A stretch of DNA of 64,000 bases from Luteolibacter sp. (GTDB lineage: Bacteria > Verrucomicrobiota > Verrucomicrobiia > Verrucomicrobiales > Akkermansiaceae): positions 8,071-72,070 of the forward strand of contig JBBARN010000007.1 in the NCBI GenBank assembly GCA_040399845.1, given 5' to 3'. Position numbers and translations under genes: made by a program. The notes under the pieces were generated by a model. It was not told the origin of the DNA and did not search any database. It saw nothing but the letters and a program-made list of their open reading frames with translations. The first letter of the stretch is position 1; the number at the start of each line of letters is the position of its first letter. Shown piece by piece: positions 55,256-64,000 of the stretch.

Positions 55256-57040
55256 TCATTCAAAAATCTTCTTATCCACGAATTCGTTCGTTTCGAAATG
55301 GTCCTTGTAATTGAGCCCGGAGAGTTTCGCTGCTTTGGAGTTGGCCGATCCGTCCTGAAACATGATGTTCTTGAAGATGGATTGGCCGGCATAGGGCGCT
55401 TCCTTTTTTCCCATGATCAAAGACCTTGCTTGATTCAGAGGCTTGGGGAAAGTCATGTTCTCAAATTTTAGCCCCGAGAATGTCTCGGTAGCGTCCAAGC
55501 TGATGAGATGTCTTGGATTGGATAGCCTGTCGTGGAAGCGGTTGTTTCTGAAGACCACCTCCAGCCGGGTTGTTTTGGGTTTCACTCCCTTTAAACTCGC
55601 AAATTCGAAAATACTTCCAACTCCCCGCGGATCGCGCCAGCGGGCGTAAAGGATATCACAATCTTCCACCCCGCCCGCAGTATGGCCGGCGCAGCGGAAG
55701 ATGTTTGCGTTTGTATCCTTCCAGAAAGTGCATCTGCTGCGCCAGTCGCGGACGTAGGTGGAGTCGTCACTCGTTCTGAAAAAGGTATCTTCGATTTTGA
55801 TATAGCCGCCGCATCCATCACCGTTCACACGCCAGGAGTGAAACTTCGCCCAGCTCAAGAGTCCCTGGTCATTTACCCGTTTGTGCTGGCCGTCGATCTT
55901 GGTATTGAAATTCGCGGGGTCCGTGATGGTGACGCCGGTGATTTTCACGTCCCAAGCGTTTTGGACTTTGATTCCCACGTCGCCGGACTTCTCCGACTTC
56001 AAACCGTTCCATTCTGGATACTCGGGGTTGTCTTTATTATTCTGATAGTGCGGAATTTGAATGCCGCAGATCGTGCCGTATCCATGAATGTTGATGCGGT
56101 CGCCACTACAACGGTAACTGCCCTTGTCCACGTCGCGATTACTCAAATTCCCATAGAGGATCGCGTCTCCGGGAATGTAGTAGTTTTTTCCCGGATACAC
56201 CTTGAAACCCGGGCCGGCATGGTGAACTCCGGGCGCGAAAGCCAGAGTGTCGTAGGTCGAAGGATCAGGCGGCGTTAGATGGACGGTTGGACTGCTGTCG
56301 GCAGGATTTACCGTTACGATCCTGTTCGTTGGGCCCGCGACAGGCTTCGCCATGATCGGATTGGCATACAAGGCGACAGAATGAACCGGTGATCCATCCG
56401 GCATGCGGCCACCCGGCTTGTCTGAAGGGAACGCGGCATTGTGATCATCCATCTGACCGTTGATATCGATGACGATCTGGCAGGGTTTGTTGATCTTGAA
56501 GTAAACTCGCCCGTTCTCGTCCTTCTTGCTGCCGGGAAGAATCTTATGCGCTGGATGGACGGCGGACTTCACGATGCTTGCCGAACCATCGAGCTTCGTG
56601 GCTCCGATCTTACTGATCTCCACCTCCACCGGCGAGTTGTCACTCATCTCGATGTTCGCGTAAGTGTGCGACCAGCCGGCGGTGTGTTTCTGATAGGCGT
56701 GGGTGGCAGTCGCAGTTTTGAAACCGTCCATCACCGGCATTTCCCTGCCTCTGTTGTAGGTCATGTTGGCGAAGCATTGCACCCACTGATTACCGGTCGC
56801 CGCAGATCTAACCCGGATTTCATAGACATCCGACTTGGCGCGGGAGGCGTAATCCTTGATGACGGACTTTTCATGACCCGGCACATCGGTGTAAACGATG
56901 AGTTTCGCGGAGCCTTCTTGATGCATCTTCATGGAAGTTGAAGAATCCGGCATGAGCATGCCGAACAGATTTGAAGTGCTGAGGGAAAAAAGGATTGTGA
57001 ATTTAAGCATCTTGTGGGTCATGTTTATCGGAATCGACAT
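55256..57040 (-). CDS. GH28/GH49-like beta-helix glycoside hydrolase, paralog 2
   Basis: Signal peptide; SWRVNGDG...RTSDD; collinear with paralogs 1 and 3. Confidence 0.72.
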   Translation of the reverse strand: MSIPINMTHKMLKFTILFSLSTSNLFGMLMPDSSTSMKMHQEGSAKLIVYTDVPGHEKSVIKDYASRAKSDVYEIRVRSAATGNQWVQCFANMTYNRGREMPVMDGFKTATATHAYQKHTAGWSHTYANIEMSDNSPVEVEISKIGATKLDGSASIVKSAVHPAHKILPGSKKDENGRVYFKINKPCQIVIDINGQMDDHNAAFPSDKPGGRMPDGSPVHSVALYANPIMAKPVAGPTNRIVTVNPADSSPTVHLTPPDPSTYDTLAFAPGVHHAGPGFKVYPGKNYYIPGDAILYGNLSNRDVDKGSYRCSGDRINIHGYGTICGIQIPHYQNNKDNPEYPEWNGLKSEKSGDVGIKVQNAWDVKITGVTITDPANFNTKIDGQHKRVNDQGLLSWAKFHSWRVNGDGCGGYIKIEDTFFRTSDDSTYVRDWRSRCTFWKDTNANIFRCAGHTAGGVEDCDILYARWRDPRGVGSIFEFASLKGVKPKTTRLEVVFRNNRFHDRLSNPRHLISLDATETFSGLKFENMTFPKPLNQARSLIMGKKEAPYAGQSIFKNIMFQDGSANSKAAKLSGLNYKDHFETNEFVDKKIFE

Positions 57041-57051
57041 TGATGATGTCT

Positions 57052-58176
57052 TCAGTGGGCCGTGACTTTCTTGAGGAGTTGGAAAAACTGTTTTTTGCGG
57101 TCGCTTCGAATACTCCAGTCCACGGGTGGATTCTGGAAACCTTGTTCGTTGGATTCACCCTTTCTTCTGAAATCAAAGTAGCCCCATGAAACACCATTCT
57201 CGATACATACAATCATGTTGTTTCCTTGCTCACCAAAACCCTGGTGTTTGTCCCGCCACGATCGATCATCCTCGTTATTCACGATGGGTTTGTGTTTGTC
57301 GCCGATGCGCTGGCGAGTCGCTTCGATTAATTTCTCCATTTCCCGGGGGTCTTTCACATCGTTGCCGTGGAGCAACACAAAGTCCGAAGCGGCGATGACG
57401 TGCTCGCAGGGGACCGTGCCTCCGCCATACGAGGTGCTGACGAGAAGACGGCGGCCAGCGAGCTGAGTGGATTTCACCTGTTCGATGAGCTCGTGGACCC
57501 GCTTCGGCTTGAGGATCTCATGATCGTATTTGACGTTGCACTCGTTGTTGATTTCAATCAGGACATTATTCCATCCCCCGTTAAGCATCCATTTTGTCGT
57601 CTGATCCACCGCGTTTTTCACTGCGGCTTCATCATCAAGACGTTCATCCTGTCCGAAATAGAAATAGCCGACGATGGCGACCATGCCGAGTTCATCGGCG
57701 CGTTTGAGGATGCGGGCGAGGCGGTTCATGTAGGGTTCGCGGAGGTTTCCTTTGGCGTCAAAGGCCGTGTTGATCCAAGGCTGGTTCTTGGAATAGCCTT
57801 CGGGCGAACCGCCCTGGAGGTTGATGGTGAAGGCGAGCAGTCCGTGCTTCCGCCATGATTCCATCGCCTTGATGAATTCATCGGTGTTGCGTTCCGGGTC
57901 CCATTTGCCGGTGTCCTTGTAGGCCCACTTGTCGCGGGTTTCCGGATTCAAATCATCGAAGATGCCCTGCACGACGCGTGAGTTCATCAGCAGACCTTCC
58001 ATCGGGATGGATTTCCCTTCCGGATTTTTCCATGTGACGCCCTGATAGGTCGGAGCACCGTTGATGAGAAACTGGGAGCCCTTGATGGAGACTTCGGTTT
58101 TCCGTTCCTCCGCGTGCACATGCAAGGAGAGTGGAAGCAGAAATAAACTGAGAAGGAGATGGATGCTGGTTCTCAT
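57052..58176 (-). CDS. Secreted TIM-barrel protein, probable clan GH-A glycoside hydrolase
   Basis: Signal peptide; EINNE and VNNED as candidate acid/base and nucleophile. Confidence 0.6.
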   Translation of the reverse strand: MRTSIHLLLSLFLLPLSLHVHAEERKTEVSIKGSQFLINGAPTYQGVTWKNPEGKSIPMEGLLMNSRVVQGIFDDLNPETRDKWAYKDTGKWDPERNTDEFIKAMESWRKHGLLAFTINLQGGSPEGYSKNQPWINTAFDAKGNLREPYMNRLARILKRADELGMVAIVGYFYFGQDERLDDEAAVKNAVDQTTKWMLNGGWNNVLIEINNECNVKYDHEILKPKRVHELIEQVKSTQLAGRRLLVSTSYGGGTVPCEHVIAASDFVLLHGNDVKDPREMEKLIEATRQRIGDKHKPIVNNEDDRSWRDKHQGFGEQGNNMIVCIENGVSWGYFDFRRKGESNEQGFQNPPVDWSIRSDRKKQFFQLLKKVTAH

Positions 58177-58185
58177 GAATTAGGA

Positions 58186-61100
58186 TCATTTCACGCCCCT
58201 GATGCGGCCGAACACCTTGCCAGAGGCTGCCTCACTGGCTGGAATCGTTGCGACCACCTTGAGCAGGCCTCCGGCAGGTGCGGGATCGGTGATGACGAAG
58301 TCCACGACGCCGGCGGTGTAGGTGCCTGCCGCACCGGGGATGGCGGTTCCGGCCCACGCGTCGAGTTGGCCGTATTGCACCTCGAAGACGGCCGTTCCGC
58401 GATCGGCTGCAGTCAGGCAGTCGAATTCCAGAACCAAAGCGCCGACGTTTTGAGTGGTCTTGGGTAGCCAGGCGGTTGCGTTGACGTTCTCGTCAGCCGC
58501 ACCGAGGAACCAGGCCAAGCCATTGTCCACGCCGTCGTTGTTGGAATCGCCATCGAATGGAATGCCAGCACCCGCCCAGCCGAGGTAAGGGTCGCTGAAG
58601 ACGAGCCAGAGTTCGGTGTTTCCAGCGCCTTGAAGTTGCAAGCTGTAACCGGGGATGGCCGGGGAAAGAACAAACGGGCCAGTGAAGCTGGAGGCCGTCA
58701 TGAGTTTGTAGTTGGAACCGTTGCTCACCGTGCCGGATATTTCCACGGAGCCAGAACTTAGATTCACGTCTGCCGTGGAGGTGGCGTGGCTTCCCAAGTT
58801 GAAACCAAGAGCCGCGCCCGCCTGCACGGTGATCGGCGAGGCATGGGTGCCGCCCACGAGGGCCAGGGTTCCATTTTGTACGAGGGTGGGTCCGGTGTAG
58901 GTCCGGGTTCCCGAAAGGGTGAAGGTGCCGGAACCGGACTTGGTCAGAGCGATTCTGTTTTCGTTGGATCCAGGGCCGCCGAGTCTGCCGTTATAAGCGA
59001 CGTCACTGCTGTTGTTGATCGTGAGTGTGGAGACGCCATTGAATCCGCCAACCACCGCGTTGTCGGTGCCTGTGCCCGAAGTGGCGAGACTGGTCAGCGT
59101 ATGATTGCTGAGGCTACCGAGTGGCGGAGTGATTGTGTTGCCATTGCTCAGCTTAAGGGTGGCGCTATCAGTTCCATTGCCGAGGATGAGCGCGGTGGTG
59201 ACGGGGAGTCGGTCATTGCCGATGACCAACAGCGTGCCTCTTTTGACATGCGTGGTGCCACTGTATCTGCAGGTCCCTGTCAGCGTGAAGATCCCGGTGC
59301 CCACTTTCTCAAGGCTCAGACTTCCGGAGAAATTCACGATTTCCCCTGCAAACCAAGAGCTCACATTGGACTCTCCCACGGTGAGAACCGGCGAGCCTAA
59401 ACCACCATCCACGGTGCCACCCGTGCCGGATAGGTAGCTCACACTTTCGCTGTTTCCATTGAGATTGAGCGTTCCACCCGCTTCGATGCCGTTGACTCCC
59501 TGGTTGGCGGCCGAACCACCGAAAATCTGGTCGTTGCCTGCCCCGGTGAGCGTGACCGTGGCATCATTGGCGATTCTGCGGATGCCTGCGACCGCGCGGA
59601 CTCCTGTGGAGAGGTATTTGCCAAGCTGGATCTCGCCTTCGGATGCGTCCAGAAACAGAGAGGAATTGTCGGTCGAGCCGCTTAAAACCACCGTGCCGAC
59701 TCCGGTCTTTTTCAGGGTGTTACCAGTGACCGAGGCATTCAAGGTCAGGGTGCCGAATTCGCCAGCGGAAACCTCGAAGTCCCCGACCGTGGTCTCGCTG
59801 TTGGTGATGTTGCCGGAAAAGATGGCCGCGGTGGCACCCGTGGCGAGAGCTAAGGATTTCTTATCACCTACATTACTGACTATCAGATTGCGGCTGATGT
59901 TGATGCCATCGGTCAGTTCGAGTGCGGCATCAGTGTTAGCGAGTGTCACGGTGCCTGTGCTGCCAAAAGCGCTGCTATCTCCGGCACGCAGGCTGCCCGA
60001 ATCGACGATGGTGTTGCCGCTGTAGGTATTCGCAGTGGTCAGCGTGAGGTGGCCGCTGCCTATCTTGGTGAGTCCGGTGGTTCCCCCGATGGAGCCGCCG
60101 CTGGTGCTGCCGAGGGTATAGTTCTTGGATGAATCGACCGTCACCGAGCCGGGGGTGAGGACTCCGTCGATGTCCACGTTTTGATTCGTGGATGTGTCAT
60201 TGAAATTGACCAAGCGACCGTTGGTGTAGGCAGCCGGAGTTCCCGATGATTCCTTCCAGTTGAGCGTGGCTGGGTCGGCCTTCCATCGATTGGCCGCACC
60301 ATCACCATTCCAAGTGAATCCTTGCACGGTTAGGGACGAGCTGGTGCCCGGTGACTGAGTGGTCGTGGTCAGGTTGGAGGCTGTTAAAAACGACTTCCCG
60401 GGCGAATTCTGGGTGACCGTGAATATGCCAGTGCCGCCCACAAGCGCCGCATTGGCAGGCAGCATGGCTGCTAAATCCGAGGACGTTATGCGGACGGTGT
60501 CGGTCACCGTTGAAAGAAAGTTCCAGAACGCATCCACGGCGTTCACCGTGATTTGAAAAGGAATTCCAATCCCCACCAAATTGGGCGTTCCGGTTTTGCC
60601 GCTGGGCGTGCCGGGTGCCGAGGTTTCTCCAGGAAGGAGAATTTGTAGCTTGGAGAAAGCTGCTGGGTGGGTCGTGACGGTGGGTGGGTTGAGCGTGGTG
60701 AAGACTTCAGCATCTGCCAAAATCATGGCGGTCTCTGCCTTTTTGTTGCGAGTCTTGAGAATCTTCACCCCCTCCAGAAATGTGCCGCTGTTGTCGCCAT
60801 AGATGCCATCGTTGTTCCAGTCGAACTCCATCAGGCTGCCACCCGGGCTGGTCACGACAAGGGGGTCGACGCTACCAATGACGGGTGCATTTGAAGCGTC
60901 CTTCGCAGTGATGATCACATCGAAGGGGACTCCGGCTTGAGAAGTGGCTGGAGCTGTGACCTCAAAGTGATGCAAGCCCTCGAAGTAGGTAAGCTCGACT
61001 TCTCCCCGCCCGCCCGGACCGCCCGATCTGGCGTTGCCGTTGTTTACCGCTGCACCACCGCCGCCACCGCCGGGTGCGATGCCGGGATTGGTGGCGTTCG

Positions 61101-63741
61101 GGTTCAGTGAAGAGGTCGGATTCAGCACTCCGCGGCCATTTCCTCCGCTACCGCCGCCAGAAACTCCCACACCACCTGTAAGTCCGACTCCATTGGCACC
61201 TGCGGTCGCGCTGCCTGCACCTGCGCCGCCGCTCCCACCCTGGCTGGTCGCCGCAGAAGGGTTTCCGCTGCCTCCGGCAAAAATCACGGTGCCGATGTTG
61301 TTGGCTGATGAACCCGAGCCGGCGGTCGTATTAGTCGTGGTGGTGCCACTGGTCCTCGCAAGGTTGCCGCCTCCCCCACCTCCGACTGCCTTGACGAATA
61401 CCATGGTTCCGTCGAAACTGGTAAATGCCGATGAGCCGCCGTTTTGAATGGGATCGACGCTCTGCGTTGTGGGTATCACCTCGACTGGTTGACCACCCGC
61501 TCCGACTTCTATTTTGTAGATGTTCCCGGGGATGACATCTACCACGGCTCGCGCATAGCTGCCGCCCGCCCCGCCACCACTGCGGACCTGGCCCGTCCCG
61601 CCCACCGCACTCACGCTACCCGCAGCACCGCCGCCGCCACGGGATTCTACGGTAATGGAAGTCACGCCTGGCGGGCATGGCCAGTTATAGGTTCCGGGTA
61701 TGGTGAAAAGATCATTGAATTTGAAGCTGCGCGAAAATCTCGCAGTGATCGTGCCATTGTCCAAAACCCGGATGGTAAGCGGATTGGCGGATTCGTTAGA
61801 CGCGTTGATTCCATAGCCTTCCCAGTGGGAGAACACGTAGTTGGGTTTGGCGACTGCCGACAGCGTGGCAGTGGTGGTTTCCACGTGGGTAGATTGGTTT
61901 GGGCTTTTGTTGATACTGCCCTGATTGGGATCCGCCACCGTGTCGAGTGTGAGATTGCGCGGGTTGTCGAAGAGTAGATTCGCGACGTATTCGTTGGTCT
62001 CGAAATAGTTGTTGAAGTTGGCGGCGGTGAGCAAGGTTCCCGTGTCGTAGGCTTCCTGATTGCTGGTTTTGTAAGTGATGTTTTTGAAGACGAGCCGCTC
62101 ATACCAAGGGGCTGTCACGATGCCTTTGAGCAGGGACTTTTTCCCATTCTTGGGCACATAGAAGGAGATGTTCTCGAATACAAATCCGGTGAAACTTTCT
62201 TTAAGCAAATTGATGTTGATCAGGCGACTCGGGTTGGGATGCTTGTCGTGAAATCGGATGTTCCGCATCTTGATATTGAGTTCCGAAACTCCAGGCTTGG
62301 TTTCACCGCCATCCGCAAATTCAAAAACACTCCCCACACCATTCGGGTCGCGCCAGCGGGCGTAGATGACATCGCAGTCTTCGATCCCGCCGGACTTGAA
62401 ATTGACGAAGCGGAAGATGTTCGCGTTGGTGTCCTTCCACCAAGTGCATCTCCTGCGCGAGGAACGAACGTAGGTTGAGTCATCGCAGGCCCTGAAAAAC
62501 GAGTCCTCGACTGCTTGGTAACCCCCGAAACCATCGCCATTCACCCGCCAGGAATGCAATTTCACCCAACTCACCAAACCTTGGTCGTTGTTGCGCCCCG
62601 CTGCCGGGTCCCACTTGGTGTTGAAGTTCGCGGGATCGATGATGGTCACCCCGGTGAGTTTGGTATCCCATGCCCCAGAAATTTCGACACCTACACCCTG
62701 GCCTTTACCTCCTACCCAGGAGTTCCATTCAGGATATTGCGGGTTATTGTTATCATTTTGATAGTGTGGAATCTGAATGGAACAAATCGAGCCATACCCA
62801 AAGATGTTGATGCTGTCCCCGTTGCTGCGGTAGCCCGTCGAAGGCACGCCACTGTTGCCGATGTTGCCATACACGATCGCATCTCCGGGGATGTAGTAAT
62901 TCCGCCCTGGATACAATTTGAATCCCGGGCCGACAAAGTGGACTCCGGGGGCAAACACCAAGGTTTTGTAGTTGGCGGGATCCGGCTGGATCAGGCGGGT
63001 CGTTGGCGTGCTTTGCGAAGGATTGATTGTTAGAATCGTGTTGGTGGGGCTTGCGACCGGCTTGGCCATGATCGGATTCGCGTAAAAGGCGATCGAGTGC
63101 ACCGGAGATCCGTCCGGCATCCGGCCACCCGGGGTGCTCGATGAGTAAGCGGCGTTGTGGTCATCCATCTGGCCGTTGATGTCGATGACGACCTGGCAGG
63201 GCTTGTCGATCTTGAAATAGACACGTCCATTTTCATCCTTCTTGCTGCCCGGGATGATCTTGTGCGCGGGATGGACTGCGGACTTCACGATGCCAACCTG
63301 CCCGTCCAGTTTGGTGCTGCCGATTTTCCTGATCTCCACCTCGACGGGTGAATTATCGCTCATCTCGATGTTGGCATAGGTGTGGGTCCACCCTGCGGTG
63401 TGCTTTTGATAGGCGTGATTCGCAGTGTTGGTATTGAAGCCAGTGAGAACCGGCATTTCCTTGCCGCGGTTGTAGGTCATGTTCGCGAAACACTGCACCC
63501 AGACGTTGTCGGTAGCTGCGGATCGCACCCAGATTTGATAGATATCCGACTTGGCGCGGGAGGCGTAGCCATTGATCACAGACACACTGTGACCGGGCAC
63601 ATCGGTGTAAACGGTAAGCTTCTCTGTCCCGGTCTGGAAATCCTTCATGGAAGGAGTTTCGGAAATGAGACCGGCAAACAGCAATGGTGAACCGAGCAGG
63701 AGGAGACCGAAGAATCTGAGCGTGATCGCGAAGGTGGACAT
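58186..63741 (-). CDS. 1851-aa secreted chimera: beta-helix hydrolase (paralog 3), InlB-type repeat, glycine-rich and Ig modules, autotransporter-associated beta-strand repeats, C-terminal domain
   Basis: SWRVNGDG...RACDD; ATLSAVAKPNYVFSHWEG; GLTKIGSGHLTLTTANTYSGNT repeats; ends KVFGRIRGVK. Confidence 0.78.
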   Translation of the reverse strand: MSTFAITLRFFGLLLLGSPLLFAGLISETPSMKDFQTGTEKLTVYTDVPGHSVSVINGYASRAKSDIYQIWVRSAATDNVWVQCFANMTYNRGKEMPVLTGFNTNTANHAYQKHTAGWTHTYANIEMSDNSPVEVEIRKIGSTKLDGQVGIVKSAVHPAHKIIPGSKKDENGRVYFKIDKPCQVVIDINGQMDDHNAAYSSSTPGGRMPDGSPVHSIAFYANPIMAKPVASPTNTILTINPSQSTPTTRLIQPDPANYKTLVFAPGVHFVGPGFKLYPGRNYYIPGDAIVYGNIGNSGVPSTGYRSNGDSINIFGYGSICSIQIPHYQNDNNNPQYPEWNSWVGGKGQGVGVEISGAWDTKLTGVTIIDPANFNTKWDPAAGRNNDQGLVSWVKLHSWRVNGDGFGGYQAVEDSFFRACDDSTYVRSSRRRCTWWKDTNANIFRFVNFKSGGIEDCDVIYARWRDPNGVGSVFEFADGGETKPGVSELNIKMRNIRFHDKHPNPSRLININLLKESFTGFVFENISFYVPKNGKKSLLKGIVTAPWYERLVFKNITYKTSNQEAYDTGTLLTAANFNNYFETNEYVANLLFDNPRNLTLDTVADPNQGSINKSPNQSTHVETTTATLSAVAKPNYVFSHWEGYGINASNESANPLTIRVLDNGTITARFSRSFKFNDLFTIPGTYNWPCPPGVTSITVESRGGGGAAGSVSAVGGTGQVRSGGGAGGSYARAVVDVIPGNIYKIEVGAGGQPVEVIPTTQSVDPIQNGGSSAFTSFDGTMVFVKAVGGGGGGNLARTSGTTTTNTTAGSGSSANNIGTVIFAGGSGNPSAATSQGGSGGAGAGSATAGANGVGLTGGVGVSGGGSGGNGRGVLNPTSSLNPNATNPGIAPGGGGGGAAVNNGNARSGGPGGRGEVELTYFEGLHHFEVTAPATSQAGVPFDVIITAKDASNAPVIGSVDPLVVTSPGGSLMEFDWNNDGIYGDNSGTFLEGVKILKTRNKKAETAMILADAEVFTTLNPPTVTTHPAAFSKLQILLPGETSAPGTPSGKTGTPNLVGIGIPFQITVNAVDAFWNFLSTVTDTVRITSSDLAAMLPANAALVGGTGIFTVTQNSPGKSFLTASNLTTTTQSPGTSSSLTVQGFTWNGDGAANRWKADPATLNWKESSGTPAAYTNGRLVNFNDTSTNQNVDIDGVLTPGSVTVDSSKNYTLGSTSGGSIGGTTGLTKIGSGHLTLTTANTYSGNTIVDSGSLRAGDSSAFGSTGTVTLANTDAALELTDGINISRNLIVSNVGDKKSLALATGATAAIFSGNITNSETTVGDFEVSAGEFGTLTLNASVTGNTLKKTGVGTVVLSGSTDNSSLFLDASEGEIQLGKYLSTGVRAVAGIRRIANDATVTLTGAGNDQIFGGSAANQGVNGIEAGGTLNLNGNSESVSYLSGTGGTVDGGLGSPVLTVGESNVSSWFAGEIVNFSGSLSLEKVGTGIFTLTGTCRYSGTTHVKRGTLLVIGNDRLPVTTALILGNGTDSATLKLSNGNTITPPLGSLSNHTLTSLATSGTGTDNAVVGGFNGVSTLTINNSSDVAYNGRLGGPGSNENRIALTKSGSGTFTLSGTRTYTGPTLVQNGTLALVGGTHASPITVQAGAALGFNLGSHATSTADVNLSSGSVEISGTVSNGSNYKLMTASSFTGPFVLSPAIPGYSLQLQGAGNTELWLVFSDPYLGWAGAGIPFDGDSNNDGVDNGLAWFLGAADENVNATAWLPKTTQNVGALVLEFDCLTAADRGTAVFEVQYGQLDAWAGTAIPGAAGTYTAGVVDFVITDPAPAGGLLKVVATIPASEAASGKVFGRIRGVK

Positions 63742-63776
63742 GGTGATTTTCTGGAACGTATTCCGAGTGGAATGGG

Positions 63777-64000
63777 TTATTTTTCAAAGACGCTTTTATC
63801 AACGAATTCGTTGGTTTCGAAGTAGTCTTTGTAATTGCGTTGGGTGAGTTTTGCTGGAGGAGTTCCGTGCAATCCGTTTTGGAATGTGAAATTTTTGAAA
63901 GCCAGATTTTTTCCATTCAAGGGAGCTTCCGCAGTGCCATAAAGTTGGGATTTCTTCTGATCGACCGTCACATAAGCCGAAATGTTCTCAAAGACAAGAT
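63777..64000 (-). CDS. C-terminal part of beta-helix paralog 4 (cut by window edge)
   Basis: KLTQRNYKDYFETNEFVDKSVFEK matches the C-termini of paralogs 1-3. Confidence 0.7.
   Translation of the reverse strand, partial: LVFENISAYVTVDQKKSQLYGTAEAPLNGKNLAFKNFTFQNGLHGTPPAKLTQRNYKDYFETNEFVDKSVFEK

Noticed and set aside
55256-55258. Selenocysteine recoding of the TGA
   Set aside because: No SECIS-like hairpin recognised, no redox context, and paralogs end at the same position
55056-55259. Track-predicted N-terminal extension of paralog 1
   Set aside because: The signal peptide begins at ATG 55055, and another frame of this interval better resembles a protein relic
1-64000. CRISPR array, reverse transcriptase (retron/DGR), IS transposase, rRNA
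   Set aside because: No regularly spaced repeats, RT motifs, transposase ORFs or rRNA-like sequence seen

Overview
GC-rich bacterial window. It is most likely from Verrucomicrobiota (inference: PEP-CTERM protein, Rhodopirellula/Verrucomicrobium-type ECF sigma with FecR, autotransporter-associated beta-strand proteins, CotH/lamin-tail proteins). It has three parts. (1) 1-26.5 kb is core-like chromosome: hydrolase, GldF/GldG/DUF4340-like ABC accessory operon, secreted cyclophilin, sugar porter, tig-clpP-clpX, DUF4105, an AddB-like nuclease, a 1935-aa CotH protein, HupE/UreJ, UDG, LOG and an rRNA methyltransferase. (2) About 26.7-39.3 kb is an integrative element starting at a 3' fragment of tRNA-Arg(CCG). 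It carries a tyrosine integrase, excisionase, primase-helicase with iteron-like repeats, HipBST-like toxin-antitoxin genes, and a divergent amidoligase/small-gene/AAA+/HAD block headed by three copies of a conserved promoter-like motif. No second att copy was found, so the element may extend further right. (3) 39.5-64 kb is a polysaccharide-utilisation-like cluster with no SusCD genes in the window: a frameshifted glycoside hydrolase, ECF sigma/anti-sigma, FAD oxidoreductase, PEP-CTERM protein, large modular secreted proteins sharing a C-terminal [KR]xFxR[LIV] domain, and four paralogous GH28/GH49-like beta-helix enzymes. All family calls come from motif recognition by eye; no database searches were run.
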